Below are positions 36,850-47,939 of a stretch of DNA of 64,000 nucleotides, piece by piece (positions within the stretch are counted from its first letter, which is position 1; each line of letters begins with the position of its first letter). A model generated the notes under the pieces. That model did no database searches and was not told the DNA's origin. It saw nothing but the letters and a program-made list of their open reading frames with translations. A program made the position numbers and the translations under genes. The stretch lies in NCBI GenBank assembly GCA_026770705.1, contig JANJGN010000089.1, forward strand, positions 1,240,001-1,304,000. The letters are read 5' to 3'. Source of the stretch: Isurus oxyrinchus. Lineage: Eukaryota.

Positions 36850-37890
36850 AGTTTGATTCTGTAAATATCTGGCTCTGGAACTTTTTTTTGTGAGCCTGGG
36901 ATTCATTCTGGAAATGTTACTCTCTGGTACTCTCTGTGCGTGTGTAATTGATTTTGGTGAATATATTTCACTGGTACTGCATGTGAGTGTAGGATTTATT
37001 CTGTAAATATAAGTCCCTGGCACTATCCCTGAGTGTAGGAATGTGTCTGCAAATATTAGTGGCTGGTGTTCACTGTGAATGTTGGATTAATTCTGTAAAT
37101 ATCATTCACTGGTAGTATTTGGCAGTATGGGATTGAATCATTGAAACTGCAAATATCAGTCTCTTGTAATATCTGTGAGTGTGGGATTGAATCGGTAAAG
37201 CTTGATCTCTGGTAGTATCTGTGAGTATGAGATTGCCAATGTAAATGTCAGTAGCTGGTACGGCCTGTGATTGTGGGATTAATTTTCCAAACATCAGTCA
37301 TTTGTACAGTTCTGCCTGTGGGGTTCAGCCTGCAAATATCAGTCTCTTATACTATCTGTGAATATTGGATCGATTCCATAAATATCAGCCTCTGATACCA
37401 ACTGTGAGTGTGAAATTTATTTTGTAAATATTATTCTTTACTACTATTTGTGAGTGTGGGATTGATTCTGTAAATATCATTCTCTGTTACTGTCTGTGAG
37501 TGTGGGACTGATTTTTTAAAATTATCAGCCACTGGCGCTGCTTGTGAGCGTGGAATTTATTCGTTGAATATCAGCCTCTAGTACTATGTGTGAGCGTGGA
37601 ATTGAGTCTGTGAATATCAGTCTCTGGTTCTCCCTGTGAGATTGATACTGTTAATATAACTACCTCTTACTATCTGTGGTTGTGCGATTGAATCTGTAAA
37701 TACCAGACTCTGATAATATCTGTGAGTGGGGGATTGATTCTGTAAATATCAACCTCTGTTACTGTGAATGAGTTTTGGATTGATTCTGTAAATAAAGCTC
37801 TCTGGCATTAGCTGTGAGTGTGTGATTGATTATGTAAGTGTCAGTCTCTGGTACTACCTGTGAGCATGGGATTTAACCTGTTAATAAGAC
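36850..37890. repeat. Minisatellite, ~46-bp unit, about 22 diverged copies
   Basis: Consensus approximately CTGTAAATATCAGTCTCTGGTACTATCTGTGAGTGTGGGATTGATT. Confidence 0.95.
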
Positions 37891-38339
37891 AAGGCAGGCC
37901 AAATAGCCAACAGCAGGTTTGCAGACATTCTGCGAGTTGTGCTGATTATATGAAATATTCAACCAAATCACCACATTTAAACAGAACAGCCATATCACAG
38001 GAATCAGTGGAGTAGCCCGGAAAGAACATTCTGAAGTTAAGAATTCAGTTACTGAGGGTTAGTCAGATTGAATGCAGCTCTGAAGCAATATGAGATCAAG
38101 ATGATGGGAGTCATGATATTTTAAGGGACGTATCTGATGCTGTTTAACACAGCTTCCAATTATGATTTGTTATTTAATGCGTTCAGATTGGTCTCGCATA
38201 TGAAGTAGAGCATGGCCCAACTAAATCTCAGGGCTGCTAATAATCCGTCGAGAAGAAATTAACACAGTTGTCGTAATCTATGTATTCAAAGTGTGAGAGA
38301 AAAAAAACGCTGAACAGTTTTGCAACGTCTTTATCTCCG

Positions 38340-38370
38340 TGGGGAAACTGGAGGGTATAGATTTAATGCA
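38340..38370 (+). promoter_or_regulatory. Possible degenerate TATA region of the GPCR pseudogene
   Basis: ggagggtatagatttaa about 90 bp upstream of the exon 1 ATG. Confidence 0.25.
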
Positions 38371-38448
38371 CAGGGGATGCATCACTTCAGACTTTAATTC
38401 AGAAACATTGCTTGCTGCGCGAAGAAGCAGATTCACTTCACACAGAAA

Positions 38449-40906
38449 ATGCATCGACGCCTGCAATGGGTTGGAAAATATTCTAATTGAACCTTCCATT
38501 GTTGATGTTCCTGGTAGGTATCTAAGTCCAAAGGCGTTGAGCGAATCTGTACATGAGCTGTTTTTTTGCTATTATTCTGCGAGTGATCAAGTTACATTGG
38601 GTTGAATTGTCATAGTTACACAGAAATCCATTTTTTTTATTTTTATTCATTCATGGGATGTGGGCTTCGCTGCCCACTTATTGCCCATCCCTAGCTGCCC
38701 TTGAGCAGAAATGCCTTCTTGAGCCTTTGCTGTCCATGTGGTCCAGTTTGCTTTTAGAAGGGATTCCCTAGCACTATAACTGAAGTAATTAACTCTCCTG
38801 AATTACATGTGTAGATATATTTTGTTGCATATAAACCGTTTCCAGCTCACAGACACACTATATGATAAATTTCAACACAATGATGTGCCCTGTTGAATCA
38901 AACGTCAATGCGAGAAACTCCTGAGAAGAATGTGTAACCGGAGCTATTTGTCAATCTATCATTAAACTGAATGTAGCAACTAACTGGAGAAGAATACCAG
39001 ACCCCAGAACGCATGTATCATTGGGATTATTTGCTTCTTTAAAATTGAACTGCGTGGGTTATTTACTGAAGTGCATCACAAGACAGAAATGAGCATATAT
39101 TTCCTGGAACATCTGCCTTTGAAAAGTCGTCTTCATTATGGGCCACTATCATACATTACTCTAAGTAAAGGTAATGACAGAAATTTTGTTACTGATTAAT
39201 CTTCTTCCAAAGCATGATTCTGATAACCAGTGGATTATGAATGTGGTGATTTAATGTATGAACTGTTTCAATATTAAACAAAATAATCTGATACCTATGA
39301 ATAGTTAAAACTCAAGATACACATTTAGAAACACAGAAATTCGTGCCAAGTGGGTTACGTTGGTTTTCATGCTCTGCAAGAGGCTCTTGCCATTCCAGCT
39401 TCTGTAACCTCCATTCCTGTCTCAGAAAATTAAAACACTGGCTGCTTCTGAAATGATTTTGCCTGAACTATTTTCGCTTTCCAACTACTTCTGGAGGAAA
39501 AAAAAATCTCTCTGTAATATTTTGGTGGATCTATATGGACGTTGATACCACTCATTGTTGGTGTTAGTGTGCAAATGCCCCTAAGGCTCGATATTTGTTT
39601 TGTCATTTGAATTCGAGCCCCATACACACTGTGCTAAGTGTGTTTCACCACGGTATTATACAAATTAGCCCGATCTCTCTTATTTTAGTGATCTTCCAAT
39701 AGAGATGATCACCTGTGCTTTGCAGGCACTTGCATCAACTCACTAAATTTCTTCGGAATTTAAATCATTCTCGTTACAACAATCACAGTGAATGGCCCGA
39801 GGTGAATGCGGTTCTTCTCTCTGAGGGATTGCTAACAGCCTGGGAAAGAACTTGGAAATGGGCTGTTTGGAGACTTGTAAGGTCATGACTGAGGTTAGCT
39901 AATCTGTGAAGCGTTTGCAAGCTACAACTTTTTGATGTTAAATTCAATTTTGCCTATCCTCAAATAAAGAGAACATATGTCAGCATTGTCCCGACAATCT
40001 TCCCTCCTTTTTCTTACTCAGAAGCAATCGTGATCCTGTCCCATGGAAATTGTGGTCTCTCCACCTGCACCACTCACTATCTGGTGGCAATGGCAACAGC
40101 GGATCACCTGGTTATTATTACTCAGTTCATACTCAACCGAATTAATGATTATTATTTCTCATTAAATGTCCTGAAAATGACTCCTGTGTGTATGTTCGTT
40201 ATGTCCTTCTCTGTGCATCTACAGATTGTTCTGTCTGGTTCACCATCGCTTTTAATTTTGATCGATCTGTCGCCAATTGTTGTGCGTAGTTGAAATCTAA
40301 ATATTGCAGCAAGAAAAGTGTGGCTATTGTCCTAGCAGCAACTGGCATTTTAATCTGTTTAAAAAACATTCCCATCTACTTTAGATTCAACTGAGGAGGA
40401 TCGTCGAGAATGTACCATGACACTGCTCAAATAAGCCAAGCTATTTTACTGACCCTCGATGGATTGGATTTAGACACTTTGAAAATATTTTAACCCCATT
40501 GATACCATTTGGTGTAATTCTCTTGCTCAACGCTCTGACAGTCAGACACATTTTAGTGGCCAGTTGGGTCTGTAAGGGACTGAGGGGTCAGAGTAAGGGA
40601 GGGAATCAAAGTGACCCGGAGATGGAGAGCAGAAAAAAGTCTGCGATTTTACACTTCACCATATCGGGCAGCTTCATACTCCTGTGGTTGGTGTATATTT
40701 TAAATTTCTTTGATGCTACGGATGGCTTAGATAACGATTCTTTTTATATCTTTGAAAACATTGCCTATATGCTACGGAATTTAATTTGTTGCACCAACAC
40801 ATTAATTCAAGTGCCAACTCAGTCCAATTTCAGAGCGCAGTTGAAGAGTGCTGTGTAATACTTGGTTATATCAGTTATGAAATTAATTACTAAGAGAAAG
40901 CCTTGA
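38449..40906 (+). pseudogene. GPR139/GPR142-like rhodopsin-family GPCR pseudogene, two exons (38449-38513 and ~40014-40906)
   Basis: Exon 1 MHRRLQWV...IVDVP then donor gtaggt at 38514. Exon 2 AIVILSHGNCGLSTCTTHYLVAMATADHLV...TPVC...TDCSVWFTIAFNFDRSVA...LLLNALTVRHIL...SDPEMESRKKS...CTNTLI. Frameshifts in exon 1, near 40192 and near 40392; stops at 40287, 40418 and 40856. Confidence 0.92.
38630..38770 (-). mobile_element. Family A LINE 3' tail in the GPCR intron
   Basis: ttttattcattcatgggatgtgggcttcgctg...ttattgcccatccc is the reverse complement of the tail at 4800-4870. Confidence 0.75.
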
Positions 40907-41959
40907 AAGAAGCTTTAAGATACAGAGTTATGGGGCAAAAGGCACCCGCCGGTGGTCAGAAAGGAAAAAAGCCTGGAGGATTAACAAAGATGAAAGGACG
41001 TTTAAATGCTATTAATGATGGGACAAGGGGGCTAGAGAGAATGAGAATGAAGACAAAGTTCGCAGCTGGTTTTGGGTACACCGAACTGCACTGAGCCTGG
41101 GCAAAGGGCAAACATTCGGAGAACCAGGAATAAATGAGCAGAGGTAATCAGACATAATAGATAGCACCTGGACAAATGCACGTGAATCTTTCAGATAGGC
41201 AGTAGTGACACCTTAGAAGGTTTAACATGCATCAAAGGTCAGCGGAACAATGGCGAGAGGTGGCATTTGGATTCTGGGAGTAAATTAACAGCAGGAGTCA
41301 GGTGGGAAAGAGAACAGTGAACAATTGACAAGAGCTGACATTCGGAGGAGTGCACATAGAGGAGCCAGCAGGACGTTCAGAAATTTCTTTGACGGGCAAC
41401 AAGTAAAGCAGCAGACACAGTGTATCCTAAACCTCCTCTGGAGCGATTTCCAAGTCCTTACATCTTCTGAAAAAGAAAAGAAAATGATTTCTTGCAAAAC
41501 AAAAATGCTAAAGATGCACGAAATCTGCTTCGGCCAATGTGTTATTTATTTAATTATCTATCTAACTATCCATCAGCCTAGCTTCCCATCTGTGTATCTA
41601 TCTACCCGTCCGTCTGCCCCTCCATTTCGTCCTCCCGTCCATCCGCCTCCCCCACCCCCCACACCCTCCACGACCCCGTTCGTCCCTCCCTCCGTCCATC
41701 CTTCTCTCTGTCCATATATGGAAACAATTTATTGAATTTGTGCCCCCTGCCTTCTTCCAGGCCAATCGCTACCATGGTTCTCTCTCTCTTCCCCCACTTC
41801 TCCCCCGAGGCAGATCTTGACTAGCTGCCTGTGTAATCACATCAAGAGCCATGAACTCTGGTGGGAAATGAAAAACAGACCACTGTGTATGGTGACGGCG
41901 AGGGTCAGAGACTTGGTCGGTGGCTATGTGCCACCTCCAAGCCTCTCCCTGGAAATTAA

Positions 41960-43210
41960 TTGTGATGAACCTACTGTAGACTGTTCATAGTTGACCCAAA
42001 CGTAACTATATATTTGAACCATCACCTATATTCACCTCCATAATGTCGCCTGGCTCCCTTCTAAACTCATCCACTTCAGTTTCCTCCAAAAACGATTGTT
42101 CCAATGCAATTCTAACCGCTCCCCCAAACCCCCATTCTCTATAAACTCGACAACAGCATAATCTGTGATTAACTCACACTAAGTCCTTCTCTCCAATCAT
42201 TCCCTGTGCACTCTGACCTACATTGGTTTTTGGTCCATCAAAACCTTGCTTTAAGAAAGCCGATAATTGCTTTCAAGGCTCTTCATATTACAGCTGCTCC
42301 TTATAACGTTAAGGTTACCATCCCTGCAAAACTGTCAAGGGCAATAAGTTGTGCCAGCCCCTACAACTATCCCCTACCTATTTGCAACATCCACAGCACC
42401 TGGAATATAATTCACAACTGGACTCGCCTCCAGTCCCAACAACACTCCCTACCTCTGAAGCATACTGCTGCATTCGGTACAGATCCTCCTGTCACTGCCA
42501 ACGACTGCATCCCTACACTTACGATGTTGTATTTTTTAAGCTGCTTCAGGCATTACAACGGTCCCTATCTCAGTAAGCTGCTCCTGTACCCATATCCTTC
42601 CCAATCTCTGAAAACTCCACCTGGCCCTACAAAGCTCCCGATCTCTGTAACCTACTCCAACCTCTACAACTCTCCATTTCTCTGTACCCTCGAACAGCCC
42701 CTACAACTTTGCCTATTTCTGCATCATATTCCAGCGCCCACAACTCTCTCCACCTCTGCAATCTCCTCCAGTCCATCCAACCCACCTTATGTCTGTAATC
42801 TATTCCAGCCTCTACAACTCCCCTCATCTCTGTAACGCCTTCAAGGCCCCACAACTTTCCCTCTCTTGGTAACATTCTCCAGCCCCTACAACTTCCCCTA
42901 TCTCTGTAATCTCCCACAGCTCTTCCAACCCTCCAGGATCACGCTGCACTCCAATTATGGACCATTGTGTTTTACCATTTTAAATAGTACACTATCAGAA
43001 GTCGTACCATCAGCTGTCTGGCCGAAAGCACTGAGATTCCATCCATGAATCGCTCCACCCCTTTCTTTCTCTCGTAGAGGGTGTGTCTGAGAATCCTTCT
43101 CTCCATCCTAATATCGTCTTGGAGTTGCGTAAAGATTTTGCTCTCCATCTCTTCTGTGAAGAATGTTGGAATGTTTTACTATCAGAAGGACGTTGAACAT
43201 ATATAGGCCG
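41960..43210 (+). mobile_element. L2 LINE 3' fragment with an internal tandem expansion
   Basis: ctctgacctacattggt (DLHW motif); degenerate repeats of tccagccctacaac...tctctgtaac at 42340-42940. Confidence 0.7.
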
Positions 43211-43274
43211 TTTTCAACTTATCCCGTCTGATTTGCCGAATGGCCTAATTTCTGCTCCTAAGTCTTATTGCCTT

Positions 43275-44045
43275 ATCATCTCTCTTTCTCTCTCCCTCTC
43301 TTCCTCTCTGAATGTCTGTATCGATGCTACTACACGCTCTCACACTGCCTCTGTTTCTGTTCCTATCTCTGTCTTTGTCTTTCTCTCTCTCCTCTTTCGT
43401 TCGCTCTCTTTCTGAATGTCAATATCTCTGTTTCTCGAACAATCTGATACAGCTTCTTCCTCTCCCTCTGCCTCTCTATACCCCTCTCCTTCTTTACCTC
43501 GCCAGCTTTCTCCCTCCGAGTCACCATGTCTACCTTTAATTCTCTCCATATTTTCCCCTCTCTCTTTCTCGCACCAGCCACTGCTCCCTTTGTCTTTCAC
43601 TGTCTATTGGATCATTACAACCCCGTTTTGTGTTAATGCTGACACACTGTTTGTCGCTTTACTTTTATTTTATGTTGCCTCTTTTTTCTTTTTTTTTCTC
43701 TTTTACACTTGCTCAAAATAATTCCTTCCCTCAGGTTCTAATTCTCTGTCCATCTGTCTCTGCATGGACCCCCTTCATCTCTGTCTCTCGCTCATACTTT
43801 TATCTCCCACTCTGTTTCTCACTCTCTCTATCTGTATTAATAACCCTTTCCCATTCCACTTGTCTCCCTTCAGTTATTGCCCTCACTTTTCCCTGCAGAT
43901 CTCCTCCTCTTGTTCTCGCAACATTCCTATCTCTTCCATATTCCCTTTCCAACATTCTTCATCCCTCACTGCCCGCTAAAACATGCCTCATCTATCTGCA
44001 TCTGGCCCCGGAGGGTTTTCTTGCACTCTCTCTTTCTCTTTCATA
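43275..44045. repeat. CT-rich low-complexity region
   Basis: Polypyrimidine (TC)n-like composition explains several spurious S/L-rich and E/R-rich ORFs. Confidence 0.85.
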
Positions 44046-44049
44046 ACCT

Positions 44050-45200
44050 TAAATTGGGTTCGAATCGTGACAATAGCATTGTTTTGAAACTCTCTATCCA
44101 ACAGGAAGGGGTCCACATGCATCATAAAGATCATCGTGAATTCCCCGCTATGGTAGCAATAAAACATTGCAGTTTCTTCCGTCAGCTGGAGGCAACCCAA
44201 CTTTAATGAAATTGATCTAACTGAAATGCACTGAACTCTGGAAACATTGTTGAAAGTATGGACACACTTCAAGAGTATTCGTTCCTCATTAGGAGACTGG
44301 AGAAACGCTTCCATACCGGGATTGAAATCTTTGCAGTTTTGACTTATGTTCTCAACAAAGCGTTGCTAAACCTGAGAAAAATAAAACATTAAAACATCAG
44401 AATTATATTTCGCACTTTGGCGACACCACTCTGACTGTTTTATCTCCTAAGCATTATACATCACCCCCGGACCCTAACCTATTCTTGGCATTATGGTTTC
44501 CATCCGCTGTGACGTTTTCACTGTAGATTTATCTAAACAATCAAGCTGCTTGACCTCTATTGGGGCCCTCCGAATACGTGCCAAACTCCCTCCACCTCTC
44601 GAACTATTTATGTTGATCTTCCCATATGACTTAATCCCATAATCTATTGGCAACTGCAACAACATTTCTGCCAGAGGTACTTCTGCTTCTTCTATTTTGT
44701 CAGGATGGTCCTGCATTTTCCATTGTACTGTGTTACACACTTTACACACTGCCACCACTCCTCTGCTGATGTCTTTCCAGGCCTCTACTGTTATATCGCC
44801 TGTATACCCTACTTGAGAACCTTACTACCGTAACTGAATGCTTCCTCAACTGGGATTAATCGCCCAACCCATTATTGTAACTGCAGATACCCTTTCTGAT
44901 TTTCCACTCAGGTACTTCATTCTCCCAGTCCATGACATTCACTGCTTGCCCAACATTGTAGACATTTAATCAATTTTTGCATTTTACAGTCGATTTCCCT
45001 GCTCGTCCAACTAATTTTGAATCCCTCCAGTTATTCTATGCTTCTGGATGGCTGGACATATGGGAATCGAATTTGGGCAGTTTGTTTTTAGACGAAATAG
45101 ACCGTTCCTCTTCATCAAATCAGTATTTCTCTTGGCATCCAACCCCTGATATATTACATCTTGTTCCACCTTAAACGGACGATCAGGGCGTATTAGGTTT
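44050..45200 (-). mobile_element. Second, heavily decayed Gypsy-like internal remnant (gag C-terminus to integrase N-terminus)
   Basis: VYNVGKQ resembles a degenerate zinc knuckle; IEEAEVPLAEM...SLARIRRAPIEVKQL resembles the PR-INT linker of Gmr1-type elements. Confidence 0.35.
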
Positions 45201-45219
45201 CCAGAAAGGAGAATTTCTA

Positions 45220-45585
45220 CATATGGAGGTTCTGGGCAAAGGCTGAGATAGTTAATTAATATTTTGCATCTGTTTTTACCAAGGATGAAAATGCAGACCC
45301 AGCCACGGTGAAAGAGTTTCAGATTCAGTCACTAGAAGGGGTTACAATTGATAAGGAGGAGTTCTTGGATAGGTTGTCTGCATTTAAAGTTGACAAGCAT
45401 TCGTGAAAGGATGATTCCATCCAATGCTACTGAGGGAATCGAGAGATTCTTTGCAGAAGACATAAGTTTGCAGTCTTCTATAGATTCAGTTGTGGTGCGC
45501 GGCGACTGGGAAATTGAACACATTACACCCTTGCTCAAAGAAACGTACAAGGATAAGCCCAGCAACGACCAATCAATGAGGTTTC
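45220..45585 (+). mobile_element. CR1 RT N-terminal fragment
   Basis: tattttgcatctgtttttaccaagga (YFASVFTK); gactgggaaattgaacacattacacccttgctcaaag. Confidence 0.7.
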
Positions 45586-45879
45586 TTAGAAGCAGTTTTT
45601 GCTCAAGCCACTTAGGCAACTTCACCTCATAGTACGGCCCATCCTTCCTTTTCATGTAACAATCCAATTCAGCCACCTGTCCCAACCGTCCTCTGAGCGA
45701 CGGTGGTCACTCTATCTGGTTAAATGAGAATGCGGTGATTACAAAAAAAGTCAACTTCTGTTCATCACATTTTGTTACTCAAGCTGGATACCATGCAATT
45801 TGGTAGAGCTTGGATTCCATGGCCCATAACATTCGAGTTCCAGAGCAGTGTAGACGGGCGAAGCAATAAAGATGCACTG

Positions 45880-46870
45880 CTAATTCGCCACCCTGGAGGT
45901 ACCCAGGTGAGGGTTGCACAACAATTGCCTGGGAAGTTCAAATGTACTTTGGGCAATTTCCCTGCACTGTTAAACATCCAAAATTGCAATTTAAATTGGA
46001 AAATTCCGATTGTTCTAACTGTCTTACCTCATTAGTTACCCAGAAAAAAATAATTATAACCATTTCTAACTTTTGGGTCACTATTGCAAAGGCCGACATG
46101 GAAACTTATGGGACGCCCTCAACCCAAATAGCAAACACACGCCCTCCCACCACACATACCCATACAAAACCGAGACCCTCTAGGGATTCTTGCCTGTACA
46201 AACTACCCCATACTCACAGAAGGCCCCCCACACATCTGAGGCTGCACCCAACACTAAAAGCACCAACCCGAACCGGCCACCCACAACTGCTTAAACCTTC
46301 GCCCTGACTGGCCGAAGCGCCGATTACCCGATACTCCATGAATCCCCCACTCCGACTGGCTGACCTATCCCAACTACGCCACCGACTCGCCCAAAGTTTG
46401 CGGCGACATGCTGACTGTCCTAGTCCGCCCCACCCCCGCACCACTGAGTGTCCGATCCCCTGACGACCCGACCCTTCAATTCAACTGCCGGATCATTACC
46501 CCGATTGCGTGTACAGCCCCTAAAAGAACTGCCCTTCCCTCCTACCGGCTGCCCAAACCTCCCCCAACGGACTCACAGACCACGTCCCGAGAACCCTACC
46601 CCCACCCCCACCAGCAAATTCTGTACCGAGCAAATCTCCCATCCTCCTGGCTTGAAAGTGGCTGGACCTTAAAACTTATCTGACTTAAGGCAGCCAGTGC
46701 CATAAAAACGGACACGTGGCCTCCCTGCGTCCGCCCCTGACCTGGTGTACGACAGCAACAGGGAGTGCGCTCGGATGTCAAGGTTAGAAAGTACCAGTGG
46801 AGCGGCAATCTGATTCTGATCGCCATTCTGCGGAAACTTAGTCGCAATCTGGATGTTCATCTTTTGAACG
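45880..46870. repeat. Unclassified C-rich interspersed repeat (possibly a non-autonomous DNA element)
   Basis: CpG- and C-rich block with short ccgac/cccga motifs, distinct from flanks; no coding motif. Confidence 0.3.
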
Positions 46871-47939
46871 TCGGGTGGCATACTACATTAAAAATGTGAT
46901 AGTGAAATGGAGCACTTAAATATTGTGTTTCAATGTATCCCATTCACAGGTAAATGCAAAACACAATTGTTAGCGTGAGGACTTCAGTAAGTTTTGTGAC
47001 ACTGAAATGAGGCAACATAAGTTTATAGTCCCCATTTCTTGTTTTTGAGCACACCGTTAAAAATATTACAGATTAGAGCGACAATGAATGTTAGTTGTTT
47101 AGGAATTCAATTGAGTTGCAGTTTTGGACTCTTTGTTTTAGGGAGTTTTGTTTCAAATTCAGATACTCTACACACAAGACCATTTGTTTACATTTTCCCA
47201 CTTCCCCTAATTGGCAGTCAACACAAATCTTATTTGCAAAATTTCATACAATTTAAAGTTCAAGTTCATTTTAGGAATGTTTAATTTACTATCCTTGATC
47301 ATCTATGGTAGATTTATCCTTCTTTCCTTGCAGTAAAAGGAACGTATGTTGGTGTTTTCGCTGGCAACACGTCACTTTTGCACACAGGCTCTTATCCCAA
47401 TACAGACCTTCGACACTTCCGGGCTCTGGAAGGGATTGGAATTTAAAACAAAATCTCTTGGTGAATGTCCCAGTGCATCAGATAGAGACTAATATATTAA
47501 ATCGATTATTCTCACCGCTCATTACCAGCAAGGAGATAGCGGTTGTGTTCTTTTCTTGTTTTTTTTTTCCAAAGGAATGTTCTGAAATAGCCGTTACAAC
47601 TACACATCCATATAACTTTAATAGATTGTGCCTAGTCTATTTTGACGAGTCCTGCCAAGGGGATTTATGTTAAGCAAGGAAAAAAAGGATAAGAGCAAAC
47701 AGCTTCAATAAGTTATAAAAGTTCCTTAAATAACTCCCACACATTAAGAATATTTGAAGCAACTTAGAATTGATGGACTGCGAATCCTAGTTTAATAAAC
47801 AGAAGCAAACTAAATCTGGAGATCAATGACAACGGGCAAAATATATGTAACATCTGAATGACTGGTAAGCATTGGGTAAGGCCCGGTAAGGATTTATTAC
47901 TTTTCTGGCTTATAGATGAAGATTTCTTTATGATTTATA

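Noticed and set aside
36850-37890. Possible CRISPR array
   Set aside because: Units are contiguous and diverged with no unique spacers, there are no cas genes, and the context is eukaryotic: it is a minisatellite
43233-44206. Cluster of overlapping S/L-rich and E/R-rich ORFs
   Set aside because: An artefact of CT-rich low-complexity DNA
43988-44372. Exon-like minus-strand ORF with a strong acceptor
   Set aside because: In-frame stop right after the acceptor; better explained as continuation of the decayed Gypsy-like remnant plus CT-rich sequence
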